32,000 bases of DNA from an uncultured bacterium (lineage in GTDB: Bacteria; Auribacterota; JACPWU01): assembly GCA_964640155.1 (NCBI GenBank), contig CAZXEQ010000001.1, forward strand, positions 546,403 through 578,402. The letters are read 5' to 3'. The notes beneath the pieces are model-generated. The model was not told the DNA's origin. It worked only from the letters and a program-made list of their open reading frames with translations, and did no database searches. Shown here one piece after another: positions 7,172-17,385 of the stretch (positions are counted from its first letter, which is position 1; each line of letters opens with the position of its first letter). Both the position numbers and the translations under genes were made by a program.

Positions 7172-8131
7172 ATGAATATCTATACAGTTCTTGATCCCAT
7201 CAAAAAATTCATGACGGACTATATCGAAAAAATCATTTTGTTTATTTTGATTTTCTTCTTAATTGCAACCCTTTTTAAATCAGTTGGAGAAGTAGTGAAA
7301 GAGGTTTCACATCAAGACGAAGTTCTAAGTCATCCTTTCACAAAAGAAAATTTGGAGGTTGTTGAAAATATTATTTCCGAAGAGCAATATGCCCAAATCA
7401 TCAAGACCCTTCAGATATCGTTTGATAAACGACAAGGCACTCGCAACCTTTTTATCCCTAAATCCGAAGAAGTTGCCATTAAAGAAGAACCCGTTACATT
7501 AAAAGTTGATTCCGACAATGATGGCATGCCCAACGAATGGGAAACGCGTTATGAATTAAATCCTTCAGACCCTTCAGATGCTTCAAAAGATTTTGATCAG
7601 GATCAATATAATAATCTAAACGAGTTTACAGGAGGCTCTGATCCAACCGATGCAAATAGTTTTCCAGGCATATTAAAACTTGAAATTCTTAGGATTTATC
7701 GCATTGGGATTCGTGTTAATTTTTTTGGTTATATCAAACTCCCTGATGGAACTTTTCAAATTCAAATCAATTGGGGCAAACGCACCGCTTTTCTAAAAAC
7801 AGGAGAAGAAATTCGCGGATATAAAATTATTGAATTCACTCAAGCAAGTGAAAAAAAATTTATTCCTCAAATCAATGCAGAAGAAATCATAGATACTTCT
7901 TTTATTAAAATACAAAGAGGAAATGATACTCCCATTACACTTGTTTTGGGGAACCCCTCTTTTGAGAAGGAGCTTTACGCTACTGTTAAAGACACTGTTA
8001 AAGGCAAGATTTATCGTGTTCATTCAGGAAGCAAAATAAAATCTTATAAAGTCCTTGACATCACCCCTTCAAAAGTTATAATTTCCCGGAAAAGCAAAAG
8101 CTACACTTTAATTTTCGAACCGAATCGGTGA
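7172..8131 (+). CDS. Membrane-anchored protein with thrombospondin type-3-like Ca-binding repeats, possible PilP analogue
   Basis: 319-aa ORF with an N-terminal TM helix. DSDNDGMPNEWETRYELNPSDPSDASKDFDQDQYNNLNEFTGGSDPTDANSFP matches TSP3-type D-rich repeats. Located between the PilO-like and secretin genes. Confidence 0.5.
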   Translation: MNIYTVLDPIKKFMTDYIEKIILFILIFFLIATLFKSVGEVVKEVSHQDEVLSHPFTKENLEVVENIISEEQYAQIIKTLQISFDKRQGTRNLFIPKSEEVAIKEEPVTLKVDSDNDGMPNEWETRYELNPSDPSDASKDFDQDQYNNLNEFTGGSDPTDANSFPGILKLEILRIYRIGIRVNFFGYIKLPDGTFQIQINWGKRTAFLKTGEEIRGYKIIEFTQASEKKFIPQINAEEIIDTSFIKIQRGNDTPITLVLGNPSFEKELYATVKDTVKGKIYRVHSGSKIKSYKVLDITPSKVIISRKSKSYTLIFEPNR

Positions 8132-8140
8132 GGAGTTGGC

Positions 8141-10678
8141 ATGGGGGCGCTCAAGAAGTTTTTCACCTTGGTTGTTTTATTCTTTTTTTCCTTATCTCTT
8201 CTTCCTATCCTCAATGCAGAATCTGGCGACGACTCTTCAGAATCACAAACTGTTACCCAGCAAGCACAAGATTTAGAAAAACAGGGGCAATCAGAAGAAG
8301 CTCTTAAACTCTTAGACCAAAGTTTAATTGAAAATCCTGATTCGCAGTCGCTTAAAAAAGCTCAAAGCTCTCTTCGATCACGTCTTGCAAAAAAATATTT
8401 TAATGAAGGATTGAAAGTTTACAAAAAACATCACTACAAAGAAGCGCTGGCTCTGTTTGACCAATCTCTTCTAAAAGATCCTCATTTTCATCGGGCCACT
8501 CAATATAAAGCTTCCTGTATTAAACGATTGAGCCCACCTGTGCGGGAATCAAAACCCAAAGAAAAGCGTTCAAGATATCCCAAAACCATCGCGGATGGCC
8601 GTGGGAAAAATCCGAACCTTTTAAAAGCGAGAATTCTTTTTGATGAAGGTCGTGATCTTTTAAACCAAGGTAAATTCGATGAAGCTCAGGAAAAATTTGA
8701 AGAAGTTCTTGAGCTCAATCCACATCATGTCGTCGCCAGAAAATACGTTCTTCTTCTGCAAAACAGGGAACATACCAAGCAAATCGAGAATCAAGCCATC
8801 AGCGAGCAAGCCCGTATGATTGAAGTAAGAAAGGAATGGCTTCCTCCTCCTAGAAAAAAAATCGTCCAAGAAGTTGAACTTCCATGGAAAATACCTGTTG
8901 GAGTTTCAGAAGCAAGAAAAAGGATAGAAGCTCAATCCCAACAAATCATTCCTGCGATCAACTTCAACAATGCCCATCTTTCAGATGTTGTGAAATATCT
9001 TTCAAAAATTTCAGGAATTAACATCATCATTGATGAATCTGTTTTTGAAGTTCTTTCCTCAACGGAAATTCCTCAAGAACGAACTCCTATACAACAAGCT
9101 CAGCAACCACTTCCTGCTGAGGGAACAAATTCTGGAGCAGAATCTACTCCAACAGCTGCACCAATTCCTCCTCCACCCCCTGCACCTACCACAAAACCTG
9201 ATCGTATCACTATCGCTTTAAAGGATGTCCCACTCATTGAAGCATTAAAATATGTTCTTAAAGCCAAAGGGCTTCGTCATATCATTGAAGATTATGCCAT
9301 TATCATTGTTGCAGCAGACTATGTGCCCGCCGAAGAATTAGAAACTCGATACTATCACCTTTCAAGTGGCGTGGGAGCTTTTACCTCTTTTGATCTTAAC
9401 TCCTCTATGGAAGCCAAAGAAAAAAGCCTATCTCCCGAAGGAGAGGCAGAAGCACAATCCGCAGAAACGATTACGATTAAAGATATTTTAGAGCAAAGCG
9501 GTGTTCCTTGGCCTGATGGAAGCAAAATCTTTCTTGATCAACGAACTGGAACCTTGATTGTCAGAAACACGCCAACAAATTTAAAGATTGTGGAAGACAT
9601 TTTAAGAACGCTTGATGTCGCTCCCTATCAAGTTGCTATCACTGCTCGCTTTATTGAACTTGAAAACACAGATGCTGAAGAGTTGGGACTTGAATGGCTT
9701 TTAAATGATAATTTAAAATTTTTCCTACACGAAAATTCTAACGCAGGGCTTACCCCCGTCAGCGCTTTACAACGAACTCAATTTGACAAATTGACTAAAA
9801 CGATTGGAACGACCACTACCAATCAATCCCTCTCGGGGAATCAACGTTTTTTTACCACTGATTCTCTGACAGGACAAGTCACTTCAAGCCTAACAGGAGT
9901 CGCAAACCCTATTGTTTCTTTTTCAGGGATTTTAACACGCCCAGAATTTTCAATCGTACTTCATGCCATCAACCAAAAAACAAAAAGCAATCTCTTATCC
10001 AGTCCACGTGTAACGACAGTCAACGGCCAAAGAGCTCAAATCAAAATCGTGCAAGAATTTATTTATCCTACAGAGTATGAAATTACAGCTGCAACGACTA
10101 ACAGCAATGGAAACGTTATTACACCTCCTGTTGTTACTCCTGGAAGTTTTGAAACACGAGATATCGGTATTATTCTAGATGTGACCCCTAATGTCGGAGC
10201 AGATCGAAAAACCATTAACTTAACAATTATTCCAGAGGTCAGTGAATTGGTAACTTGGATTGATTATGGTGTAAAAACCGTTACTGATGTAGGGGGAGCT
10301 ATTAAATTACCCGGATATCCTATTTTGCAACCTCTCTTTTCTACTCAAAATGTGACAACCAGTGTGATTGTGAACGATGGAGATACCGTTATTTTGGGAG
10401 GATTGATTCGAGATGAAGTAACTGCTTACAATGATAAAATTCCGTTCTTGGGTGATATTCCAGGAATTGGACTTCTTTTTAGAAAAAAAGGAGAGATCAG
10501 CATCAAGAAAAATTTAATTATCTTTGTCACAGCGGAACTCATTACGCCAACAGGTGAACCCTATGCTCCTACGCAAGTTGAAACAGGTGAGACTTTAGTT
10601 CCAAATACTACACCTGAAACAGGGCAACCTTCTGTTGAAGCTCCCATTGAAGCACCAGCTCCTCCAATGGTTTCGTAA
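8141..10678 (+). CDS. pilQ: Secretin (PilQ/GspD family) with N-terminal TPR region and proline-rich linker
   Basis: 845-aa ORF with a signal peptide and TPR-like repeats. Pro-rich linker PIPPPPPAPTTKP. C-terminal secretin blocks LSSPRVTTVNGQRAQIKIVQE, VIVNDGDTVILGGLIRD and IPFLGDIPGIGLLFRKK. Confidence 0.85.
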   Translation: MGALKKFFTLVVLFFFSLSLLPILNAESGDDSSESQTVTQQAQDLEKQGQSEEALKLLDQSLIENPDSQSLKKAQSSLRSRLAKKYFNEGLKVYKKHHYKEALALFDQSLLKDPHFHRATQYKASCIKRLSPPVRESKPKEKRSRYPKTIADGRGKNPNLLKARILFDEGRDLLNQGKFDEAQEKFEEVLELNPHHVVARKYVLLLQNREHTKQIENQAISEQARMIEVRKEWLPPPRKKIVQEVELPWKIPVGVSEARKRIEAQSQQIIPAINFNNAHLSDVVKYLSKISGINIIIDESVFEVLSSTEIPQERTPIQQAQQPLPAEGTNSGAESTPTAAPIPPPPPAPTTKPDRITIALKDVPLIEALKYVLKAKGLRHIIEDYAIIIVAADYVPAEELETRYYHLSSGVGAFTSFDLNSSMEAKEKSLSPEGEAEAQSAETITIKDILEQSGVPWPDGSKIFLDQRTGTLIVRNTPTNLKIVEDILRTLDVAPYQVAITARFIELENTDAEELGLEWLLNDNLKFFLHENSNAGLTPVSALQRTQFDKLTKTIGTTTTNQSLSGNQRFFTTDSLTGQVTSSLTGVANPIVSFSGILTRPEFSIVLHAINQKTKSNLLSSPRVTTVNGQRAQIKIVQEFIYPTEYEITAATTNSNGNVITPPVVTPGSFETRDIGIILDVTPNVGADRKTINLTIIPEVSELVTWIDYGVKTVTDVGGAIKLPGYPILQPLFSTQNVTTSVIVNDGDTVILGGLIRDEVTAYNDKIPFLGDIPGIGLLFRKKGEISIKKNLIIFVTAELITPTGEPYAPTQVETGETLVPNTTPETGQPSVEAPIEAPAPPMVS

Positions 10679-10768
10679 AGACCTCGTTTTTTCAAAACCT
10701 GTGGTATTCTGTTAACCGGTAAGAACACCTAAAAATTAATTTTAATCCCTGACAAAAGTAAATTTATC

Positions 10769-13339
10769 ATGAATCAAAATACTCGTGAAAATTTTTTCAT
10801 CCTTGATGGAACCAGTCTGGTCTATCGAGCTTTTTATGCAATTCAAAACCTAAAAAATTCCAGCGGATTTCCTACCAATGCTATTTTCGGATTCATTAAA
10901 ATTCTTCAAAAACTGATTAGAGATAAGAAACCCGATCATTTGGTGATTGTCCTAGATGCAAAAGGCCCTACCTTTCGTCATGTTGAATATGAAGAATATA
11001 AAGCACATCGAAAACCCATGCCCGACGAACTTGTCATGCAACTTCCCTTCATTAAAGAAGTGGTGCAAGCTTATGGATTCCCCCTCTTTGAGATTTCTGG
11101 ATTTGAAGCTGACGACGTCATAGGAACCCTTGCTCAAAAAGCCAAAGAAAAGTTCAATGTTTTCATTGTGAGTCCTGATAAAGATATTTTGCAATTGGTA
11201 GAATCTTCTATCGAAGTCATCCCTAACCCCAGTGAAGAACTTATTCTCGATGAAGAAGGAGTTCATAAACTTTATGGCATCCCTGCAAAAAAAATGACAG
11301 ATTTTCTAGGCCTAGTCGGAGATAGCTCTGACAATATTCCAGGAGTTTCAGGCATTGGCGCTAAAACAGCGACTCTTCTTTTAAATGAATTTGATAGTTT
11401 AGAAAAAATCTTTGAGGAATCATGGACTCAAAAAGGTCGCATTAAGAAAGAAACTTTGGTTGAACATGAAAAAATTGCAAAATTTAGCAAAATGCTGGCC
11501 ACCATTCGCCTGGATGTCCCTATTGAATTACCTGAAAACAAAAAACCTGACTCGAATCGAGAAAAGCTCACAGAACTTTTTCAAAAATTTGAATTTCGAG
11601 ATCTCTTAAGAGAATTTCTTCCCATGTCATCCACACTTGTCTGGGAGAAAATTAAAGATCTAAAAAAATGCGAATCTATTTTCAAACGTGTTGAGAAAGA
11701 ACGTGCAATCAGTTTTGCTCTTCACGTCCAAGATCTTCTATCCTCCAAACAAATTTTGGGTCTAGCCATCACTCTTTCAGAAGAAGAAACCTATTATTTT
11801 TCTTTCTTAGATCATTCGCAGATGATTTTTAATATTCTCAAAAATCCTGATATAAAAAAAGCAGGGTATGATTTAAAAACTTCGAAACAGCTTCTTGAAG
11901 CTCAAAAACAAACACTTTCTTCCTTAAGCTTTGACATCATGATTGCCTGTTTCTTGGTGAATCCTTCTCTTCATTTAGAAAACATTAAAGATATCTCTGC
12001 CCATTTTTTAAGCCTTTCACTCCCCTCAGCATCAGATTTAACAGAAGAAAGCGTATGTCTGACATCTTTAGCCATTTTTCGTCTCAAAAATATTTTACAA
12101 GAGATGCTTGAGAAATCAGGCCAAAAAGAGCTTTTCGAAACAATAGAAACACCTTTGCTTGAAGTTATTTCAGACATGGAAACAGAAGGCATTCCTCTGC
12201 ATATTCCATATCTCCAAGCCATGTCCAAAGAGTTAGAAAAAACTCTAAACCTTCTGATCAAAGATATTCATCAATTATCAGGAGAAGTTTTTAATATCAA
12301 TTCTCCGAAAGAGCTTTCTCGAATTCTATTTGAAAAATTAAAACTTCCCACACTTAAGAAAACAAAAACAGGTTTTTCAACAAATGCGGAAGTCCTTGAA
12401 AGCTTATCTGAAAAGCATGAAATCATTCCTAAAATTTTAGAATATCGTCAGTTGGGTAAACTTAAATCGACTTATATTGATGCACTTCCTCAGCTTGTAA
12501 ATCCTCAGACAGGAAGACTTCACACAACCTTTAGCCAGACAACGGCAGAAACAGGTCGTTTAGCTAGCACCAATCCTAATCTTCAAAATATCCCTATTCG
12601 CAGTTCCATCGGCAAAAAAATTCGCGAAGCTTTTATCGCCCCTACAGGAACAGTCCTTCTTTCAGCAGACTATTCTCAGATTGAACTCAGAATTTTAGCG
12701 CATCTTTCTGAAGATCCAGGCCTTATTCAAGCTTTTGAGAAAAACGAGGACATTCATCGTTCTACCGCAAGCGCCATTTTTAACACACCTCCTGAGGAAG
12801 TCTCAGAATCGCAGAGATCCAAAGCCAAAGCCATTAATTTTGGAATTGTTTACGGCATGGGCTCTTTTGGACTTGCAAAAGGATTAAAAATCTCTATTAA
12901 AGAAGCTGAAGATTTTATTCATTATTACTATGAAAGATTTCAAAGCGTAAAAAGTTTTATTCAACAGACACTTAAGAAAGCAAGAGAATGCGGTTATGTC
13001 ACAACCTTATTTAACCGTCGACGCTATCTTCCTGATATCAATAGTCCCAATGCTCAAATCCGCCAAATGGCTGAACGCATGGCTATGAATACACCTATTC
13101 AAGGCACAGCTGCAGATTTAATTAAATTAGCTATGATTCGTATTCATGAAGATCTTAAAAGTCACCATCTGAAAAGTCGCCTTGTACTTCAGATTCATGA
13201 TGAACTTATTCTTATTGTCCCTCAGGACGAATTATCCAAAGCTGAAACTGTCCTTAAAGAGGGAATGGAAAACATTGCTGATCTCAAGGTCAAGCTCAAG
13301 GTCGACATTCACTCAGGGAAAAATTGGATGGAACTTTAA
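10769..13339 (+). CDS. polA: DNA polymerase I
   Basis: 856-aa ORF. 5'-3' exonuclease N-terminus (LILDGTSLVYRAF, GDSSDNIPGV). Polymerase motifs DYSQIELRILAH, RSKAKAINFGIVYG and QIHDELI. Confidence 0.95.
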   Translation: MNQNTRENFFILDGTSLVYRAFYAIQNLKNSSGFPTNAIFGFIKILQKLIRDKKPDHLVIVLDAKGPTFRHVEYEEYKAHRKPMPDELVMQLPFIKEVVQAYGFPLFEISGFEADDVIGTLAQKAKEKFNVFIVSPDKDILQLVESSIEVIPNPSEELILDEEGVHKLYGIPAKKMTDFLGLVGDSSDNIPGVSGIGAKTATLLLNEFDSLEKIFEESWTQKGRIKKETLVEHEKIAKFSKMLATIRLDVPIELPENKKPDSNREKLTELFQKFEFRDLLREFLPMSSTLVWEKIKDLKKCESIFKRVEKERAISFALHVQDLLSSKQILGLAITLSEEETYYFSFLDHSQMIFNILKNPDIKKAGYDLKTSKQLLEAQKQTLSSLSFDIMIACFLVNPSLHLENIKDISAHFLSLSLPSASDLTEESVCLTSLAIFRLKNILQEMLEKSGQKELFETIETPLLEVISDMETEGIPLHIPYLQAMSKELEKTLNLLIKDIHQLSGEVFNINSPKELSRILFEKLKLPTLKKTKTGFSTNAEVLESLSEKHEIIPKILEYRQLGKLKSTYIDALPQLVNPQTGRLHTTFSQTTAETGRLASTNPNLQNIPIRSSIGKKIREAFIAPTGTVLLSADYSQIELRILAHLSEDPGLIQAFEKNEDIHRSTASAIFNTPPEEVSESQRSKAKAINFGIVYGMGSFGLAKGLKISIKEAEDFIHYYYERFQSVKSFIQQTLKKARECGYVTTLFNRRRYLPDINSPNAQIRQMAERMAMNTPIQGTAADLIKLAMIRIHEDLKSHHLKSRLVLQIHDELILIVPQDELSKAETVLKEGMENIADLKVKLKVDIHSGKNWMEL

Positions 13340-13343
13340 AACA

Positions 13344-13401
13344 GTCATAAGTTATAAGTAAAAAATCGAAACAATTCATTTAAAACTTACGACTGATGAC
13401 T
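13344..13401 (+). terminator. AT-rich imperfect hairpin after polA (possible terminator or processing site)
   Basis: AGTCATAAGTTATAAGT (13344-13360) pairs with ACTTACGACTGATGACT (13385-13401), 14 of 17 plus one G.U. There is no clear U-tract. Confidence 0.25.
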
Positions 13402-13414
13402 TACAACTATTATC

Positions 13415-15421
13415 ATGAAACGTTCTCAAATCTTATTTACAGTAGTCAGCCTCATCACCATCTATATTCTCAGTGTAGCAATACGTGTTGGCATTCGTAA
13501 AATTGTACAAGATCGCCAAAGCGAATTGCCTTTCACCATGGAAAGTGCTTATCTTTATCATTTTTCAAATATGCTGGCGGAAAGCAAACCTGTTTCTACC
13601 ATTGAGCAAAAGGCCCAATATCCTGAAGGCATCAACCCCGAAGCAAAACTTTCTTTGACCATTGATCATATTCTAGCTTGGAATTATCGACTCTTTTTTC
13701 AAAAAATTTCTTACACTGAATTTTTAAGAATGGCACAGCCGCTGATTCTATGCCTCTCTCTTTTTATTGTATTTTGGATTGCCTATCAAATCTCTCATCA
13801 TCCTATCCATGGCCTTTGGGCAAGCTTGCTTTATGCTCTAAGCACCAGTTCTATTTTACGTTCAACGGGCATCGAATACTCTCGAGAGAATTTTGCGCTA
13901 CCCTTTTTATTTTTACATTTTGCTTTGCTTCTTTCAAAACCTCACTATTTGAAATATATTTTGCAAGCCCTAACACTTGCGTTGGCTCTCACCATTTGGG
14001 ATGGATCACAAGTCTATTTTATCTTATGGGTGATGTATGAAATTTTAAACAAACTCCTCTGTAAAAACGACAAAACATTAAACATCAAAGATCAAACAGT
14101 GCATCAAAAAACAGAGCAAAATTCAAACTTTAGAATCCAAATTTTGATTCACCTCGTTGTTCTCCTACCCCTGTGTCTTTTGCATCCCTATCTCAAAGAT
14201 CATCGTTTTATAGCCTCCCCTGGCATGGCGGGCCTTTATGTCCTTGCCCTTAGTTCTTTCTTCCCTAAATATCTCAAGCAAGTACTTTGTATCGTACTCC
14301 CATTTGGATTTGCGTTATGGATTTTTTCAGGTTTTCTAAATTCATACCATCACATGATAGAGCTTCTATTTTACAAAATTAAATTTTTGAATATCAAACC
14401 TCAAGATCCTTCTCTTCTACCTTTTGACGTTCGTATTCTTTGGACACCTGCACTTCATGCGGTTGCATGGGATCATCTTCAAAATATTCTTTCTCTCTTT
14501 TTTCTAGCTGTTTTGGGAATGTATCACCTTTGGAAGCTACAAAAAGACAGATTCTTTTTTTTCTTGTTTTTTATAATCTCATCATTTATAGTAAGTTTAT
14601 TATTTGTGAGGTTAGAAGTTTATTCGGTCTTCTTCCTTGCTTGCCTCATAGGTTCATTACCCTTAAGTTCTCAGGGGCATAAACGAAATTTCTTCTGGAA
14701 TTCTTTTATTTTCCTGGCTTTACTCATTGAGGCAGAAAGCATAACAAAGGATTTTTCTCGATTTGAACGGCCTGTTCCCTATCCTTATGTAAATGGTGTG
14801 GTTGATTGGATAGGAGAACATACACCCAGACAAGCGATTATCTTGGCAAATTTCGGACTTTCACCTTCATTTCTCGCTTATAGCCAGAGAGGAATTGTTT
14901 TACATCCGAAATATGAATCTGCCGACATGCGCCGAAAAACAGAAGAATTTGCCAAAACGCTCTTTGAAACATCCGAAGAACCCTTTTACAACTTTTGTTT
15001 AAAAAATGGGGCAAGTTACTACGTGCATGCCATAGGCACTTTTCAAGATCGATCTGTTTTTTCTTGGGCGTATATGGTTGATCAACTGAATGCCTCAAAA
15101 GATCTTTTAGCTGCACAATTTGAATATGGAGGTCGTCTCGATCGATTCTATCCTATTTATAACAATGGGAAATATCGAGTTTATCGTGTGATTTGGCCTG
15201 AAGAATTTCGTCAAGCCAAACAATTAAAAGAAAATGCAGATCTGTTGTTTGAACAAAATCGATGGCTCGAAGCTCAAAGCAAGTATGAAGAAGCCTTAAG
15301 ATTAACTCCAAATGATGCCATGATTTATTTTCGTCTGGCAAAAGTTTTTAAAGCCCTGGATTTATCCAAACAAGCTATTCAAATGACTAAAGAAGGACTA
15401 AAAAGAGCTAAAGCACAATGA
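13415..15421 (+). CDS. Polytopic membrane protein with C-terminal TPR repeats (GT-C glycosyltransferase-like)
   Basis: 668-aa ORF with many predicted TM helices. An STT3/ArnT-reminiscent first loop (ESAYLYHF, QYPEGINP). C-terminal TPR (WLEAQSKYEEALRLTPNDAMIYFRLAKVF). The function is inferred. Confidence 0.5.
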   Translation: MKRSQILFTVVSLITIYILSVAIRVGIRKIVQDRQSELPFTMESAYLYHFSNMLAESKPVSTIEQKAQYPEGINPEAKLSLTIDHILAWNYRLFFQKISYTEFLRMAQPLILCLSLFIVFWIAYQISHHPIHGLWASLLYALSTSSILRSTGIEYSRENFALPFLFLHFALLLSKPHYLKYILQALTLALALTIWDGSQVYFILWVMYEILNKLLCKNDKTLNIKDQTVHQKTEQNSNFRIQILIHLVVLLPLCLLHPYLKDHRFIASPGMAGLYVLALSSFFPKYLKQVLCIVLPFGFALWIFSGFLNSYHHMIELLFYKIKFLNIKPQDPSLLPFDVRILWTPALHAVAWDHLQNILSLFFLAVLGMYHLWKLQKDRFFFFLFFIISSFIVSLLFVRLEVYSVFFLACLIGSLPLSSQGHKRNFFWNSFIFLALLIEAESITKDFSRFERPVPYPYVNGVVDWIGEHTPRQAIILANFGLSPSFLAYSQRGIVLHPKYESADMRRKTEEFAKTLFETSEEPFYNFCLKNGASYYVHAIGTFQDRSVFSWAYMVDQLNASKDLLAAQFEYGGRLDRFYPIYNNGKYRVYRVIWPEEFRQAKQLKENADLLFEQNRWLEAQSKYEEALRLTPNDAMIYFRLAKVFKALDLSKQAIQMTKEGLKRAKAQ

Positions 15422-16011
15422 TCATAGGTTTAACAGGAGGCATCGGATCTGGTAAAAGCACTTTTGCTCAATATTTAAAATCGCAAGGAGCAAAAATCTT
15501 TGAAGCTGATGATGAAGCCAAAAAATTTCTAAAGCATTCACTTGTAAAAGCAAAAATTGTCAGAAGATTTGGAAAAGAATTTTTAGATAAGAATCATCAA
15601 ATTGATGCTAAAAAATTAGGAGCCTTTGTTTTTCAAGAGAAGTCCAGATTACGTACGTTAGAAAATATTTTGCATCCTTACGTCATCAAAAATATTAAGA
15701 AAACTATTTTCTTTCTAAAAAAGAGAAAAAGCAAAGGGATATACGTTTTTGTCATTCCCCTTCTGTTCGAGAAAAAACTCGAAAAACTTTTTGATGTTGT
15801 AATTGTTCTTCAAGCGTCTGAGAAACAAAGGATTCAAAGGGCTTCACATCGCCTCAAAATTAGTACAGAGGAAGTTAAACAAAGGATAAAACATCAACTA
15901 AAGCCTCATCTACAAACTCGCAAGGCTTGTATTGTGGTTCAAAACAACAAATCGAAAAAAGAATTAAAAAATAAATCGAAACAAATTTTTAAACAATGGA
16001 TGAATAGTTAA
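15418..16011 (+). CDS. coaE: Dephospho-CoA kinase
   Basis: 197-aa ORF with the P-loop IGLTGGIGSGKST at the N-terminus. ATGA overlap with the upstream gene. Confidence 0.85.
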   Translation: MIIGLTGGIGSGKSTFAQYLKSQGAKIFEADDEAKKFLKHSLVKAKIVRRFGKEFLDKNHQIDAKKLGAFVFQEKSRLRTLENILHPYVIKNIKKTIFFLKKRKSKGIYVFVIPLLFEKKLEKLFDVVIVLQASEKQRIQRASHRLKISTEEVKQRIKHQLKPHLQTRKACIVVQNNKSKKELKNKSKQIFKQWMNS

Positions 16012-16032
16012 ACTCAAGGAGGAAAAAGTATC

Positions 16033-17385
16033 ATGGTTCGCTTAGGAAAAACATCTCATAACCCGAATGAAAAAGAAGAGAAGGAAATGCTCGACGACGA
16101 TATTGTGACACGCGACACTACATCTGGAGAAACAACCGATATTGCAAAACTACAAGCTATGACGGTTACAGAGCTGAATCGTATTGCCAAAGAACTCAAC
16201 ATCGTCAATATGAGCGGTCTCAAAAAACATGAACTGATTTTTGAGATTTTGAAGGGTAAAGCCGAAAAAAGTGGGCTCATGTTTGGAGAAGGAGTCTTGG
16301 AGATATTACCGGATGGATTTGGGTTTTTAAGATCTCCCAATTATAATTATCTTCCTTGTCCTGAAGATATTTATGTTTCCCCTTCTCAAATCAGAAAATT
16401 TAATCTTAAAACAGGTGATACCGTTTCTGGACAAATCCGTCCACCCAAAGATAAAGAGCGTTATTTTGCGCTTTTAAAAGTTGAAGCGATCAACTTTGAA
16501 AGTCCTTCCAGAGCTAGAGAAAAAATACTTTTTGATAATTTAACCCCTCTCTACCCACAATCACGTTTTATCTTGGAGACAACGCCTCAAGATATGACCA
16601 CACGTGTTATGGATCTTTTAACGCCTTTGGGCCGAGGGCAAAGAGGTTTGATTGTAGCTCCGCCTAGAACAGGGAAAACTATTATTTTGCAAAAAATAGC
16701 TCAGAGCATTGCTCAAAATGCGCCGGAAGCAAAATTGATTGTTCTTCTCATCGATGAAAGACCTGAAGAAGTCACAGACATGAAAAGAACTGTTAAAGGC
16801 GAAGTCGTCAGTTCCACCTTTGATGAACCACCTGAACGTCATGTTCAAGTTGCAGAAATTGTCATTGAAAAAGCCAAGCGCTTGGTTGAACACGGCAATC
16901 ACGTTGTGATTCTTTTGGACAGCATCACTCGATTAGCCCGAGCTTACAACACGCTTGAGCCTCACAGCGGTAAAATTCTTTCAGGTGGTATTGACGCAAA
17001 TGCGCTTCATAAACCCCGTCGTTTTTTTGCCGCTGCCCGTAATATTGAAGAAGGCGGCAGTATTACCATCATCGCAACAGCCTTGGTGGATACAGGCAGC
17101 CGTATGGATGAAGTTATTTTTGAAGAGTTTAAGGGAACAGGTAATATGGAAATTAATTTAGATCGTCGCTTGGTGGAGAAGAGAATTTTCCCTGCCATCG
17201 ATATTGAAAAATCAGGGACAAGAAAAGAAGAGCTTCTTTTCCATCCTGATGAACTTCAAAAGGTATGGGTTCTACGTAGAGCCCTTAACACCATGAATCC
17301 TGTGGAAGCCATGGAACTTTTGGTAGAAAAATTGAAGAAAACTAAATCAAATCCAGAATTTCTAATGACCTTACATCAACAATAG
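16033..17385 (+). CDS. rho: Transcription termination factor Rho
   Basis: 450-aa ORF. Rho N-terminal and RNA-binding blocks ([34 protein letters not shown]) and Walker A APPRTGKT. Short acidic N-terminal extension. Confidence 0.95.
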   Translation: MVRLGKTSHNPNEKEEKEMLDDDIVTRDTTSGETTDIAKLQAMTVTELNRIAKELNIVNMSGLKKHELIFEILKGKAEKSGLMFGEGVLEILPDGFGFLRSPNYNYLPCPEDIYVSPSQIRKFNLKTGDTVSGQIRPPKDKERYFALLKVEAINFESPSRAREKILFDNLTPLYPQSRFILETTPQDMTTRVMDLLTPLGRGQRGLIVAPPRTGKTIILQKIAQSIAQNAPEAKLIVLLIDERPEEVTDMKRTVKGEVVSSTFDEPPERHVQVAEIVIEKAKRLVEHGNHVVILLDSITRLARAYNTLEPHSGKILSGGIDANALHKPRRFFAAARNIEEGGSITIIATALVDTGSRMDEVIFEEFKGTGNMEINLDRRLVEKRIFPAIDIEKSGTRKEELLFHPDELQKVWVLRRALNTMNPVEAMELLVEKLKKTKSNPEFLMTLHQQ

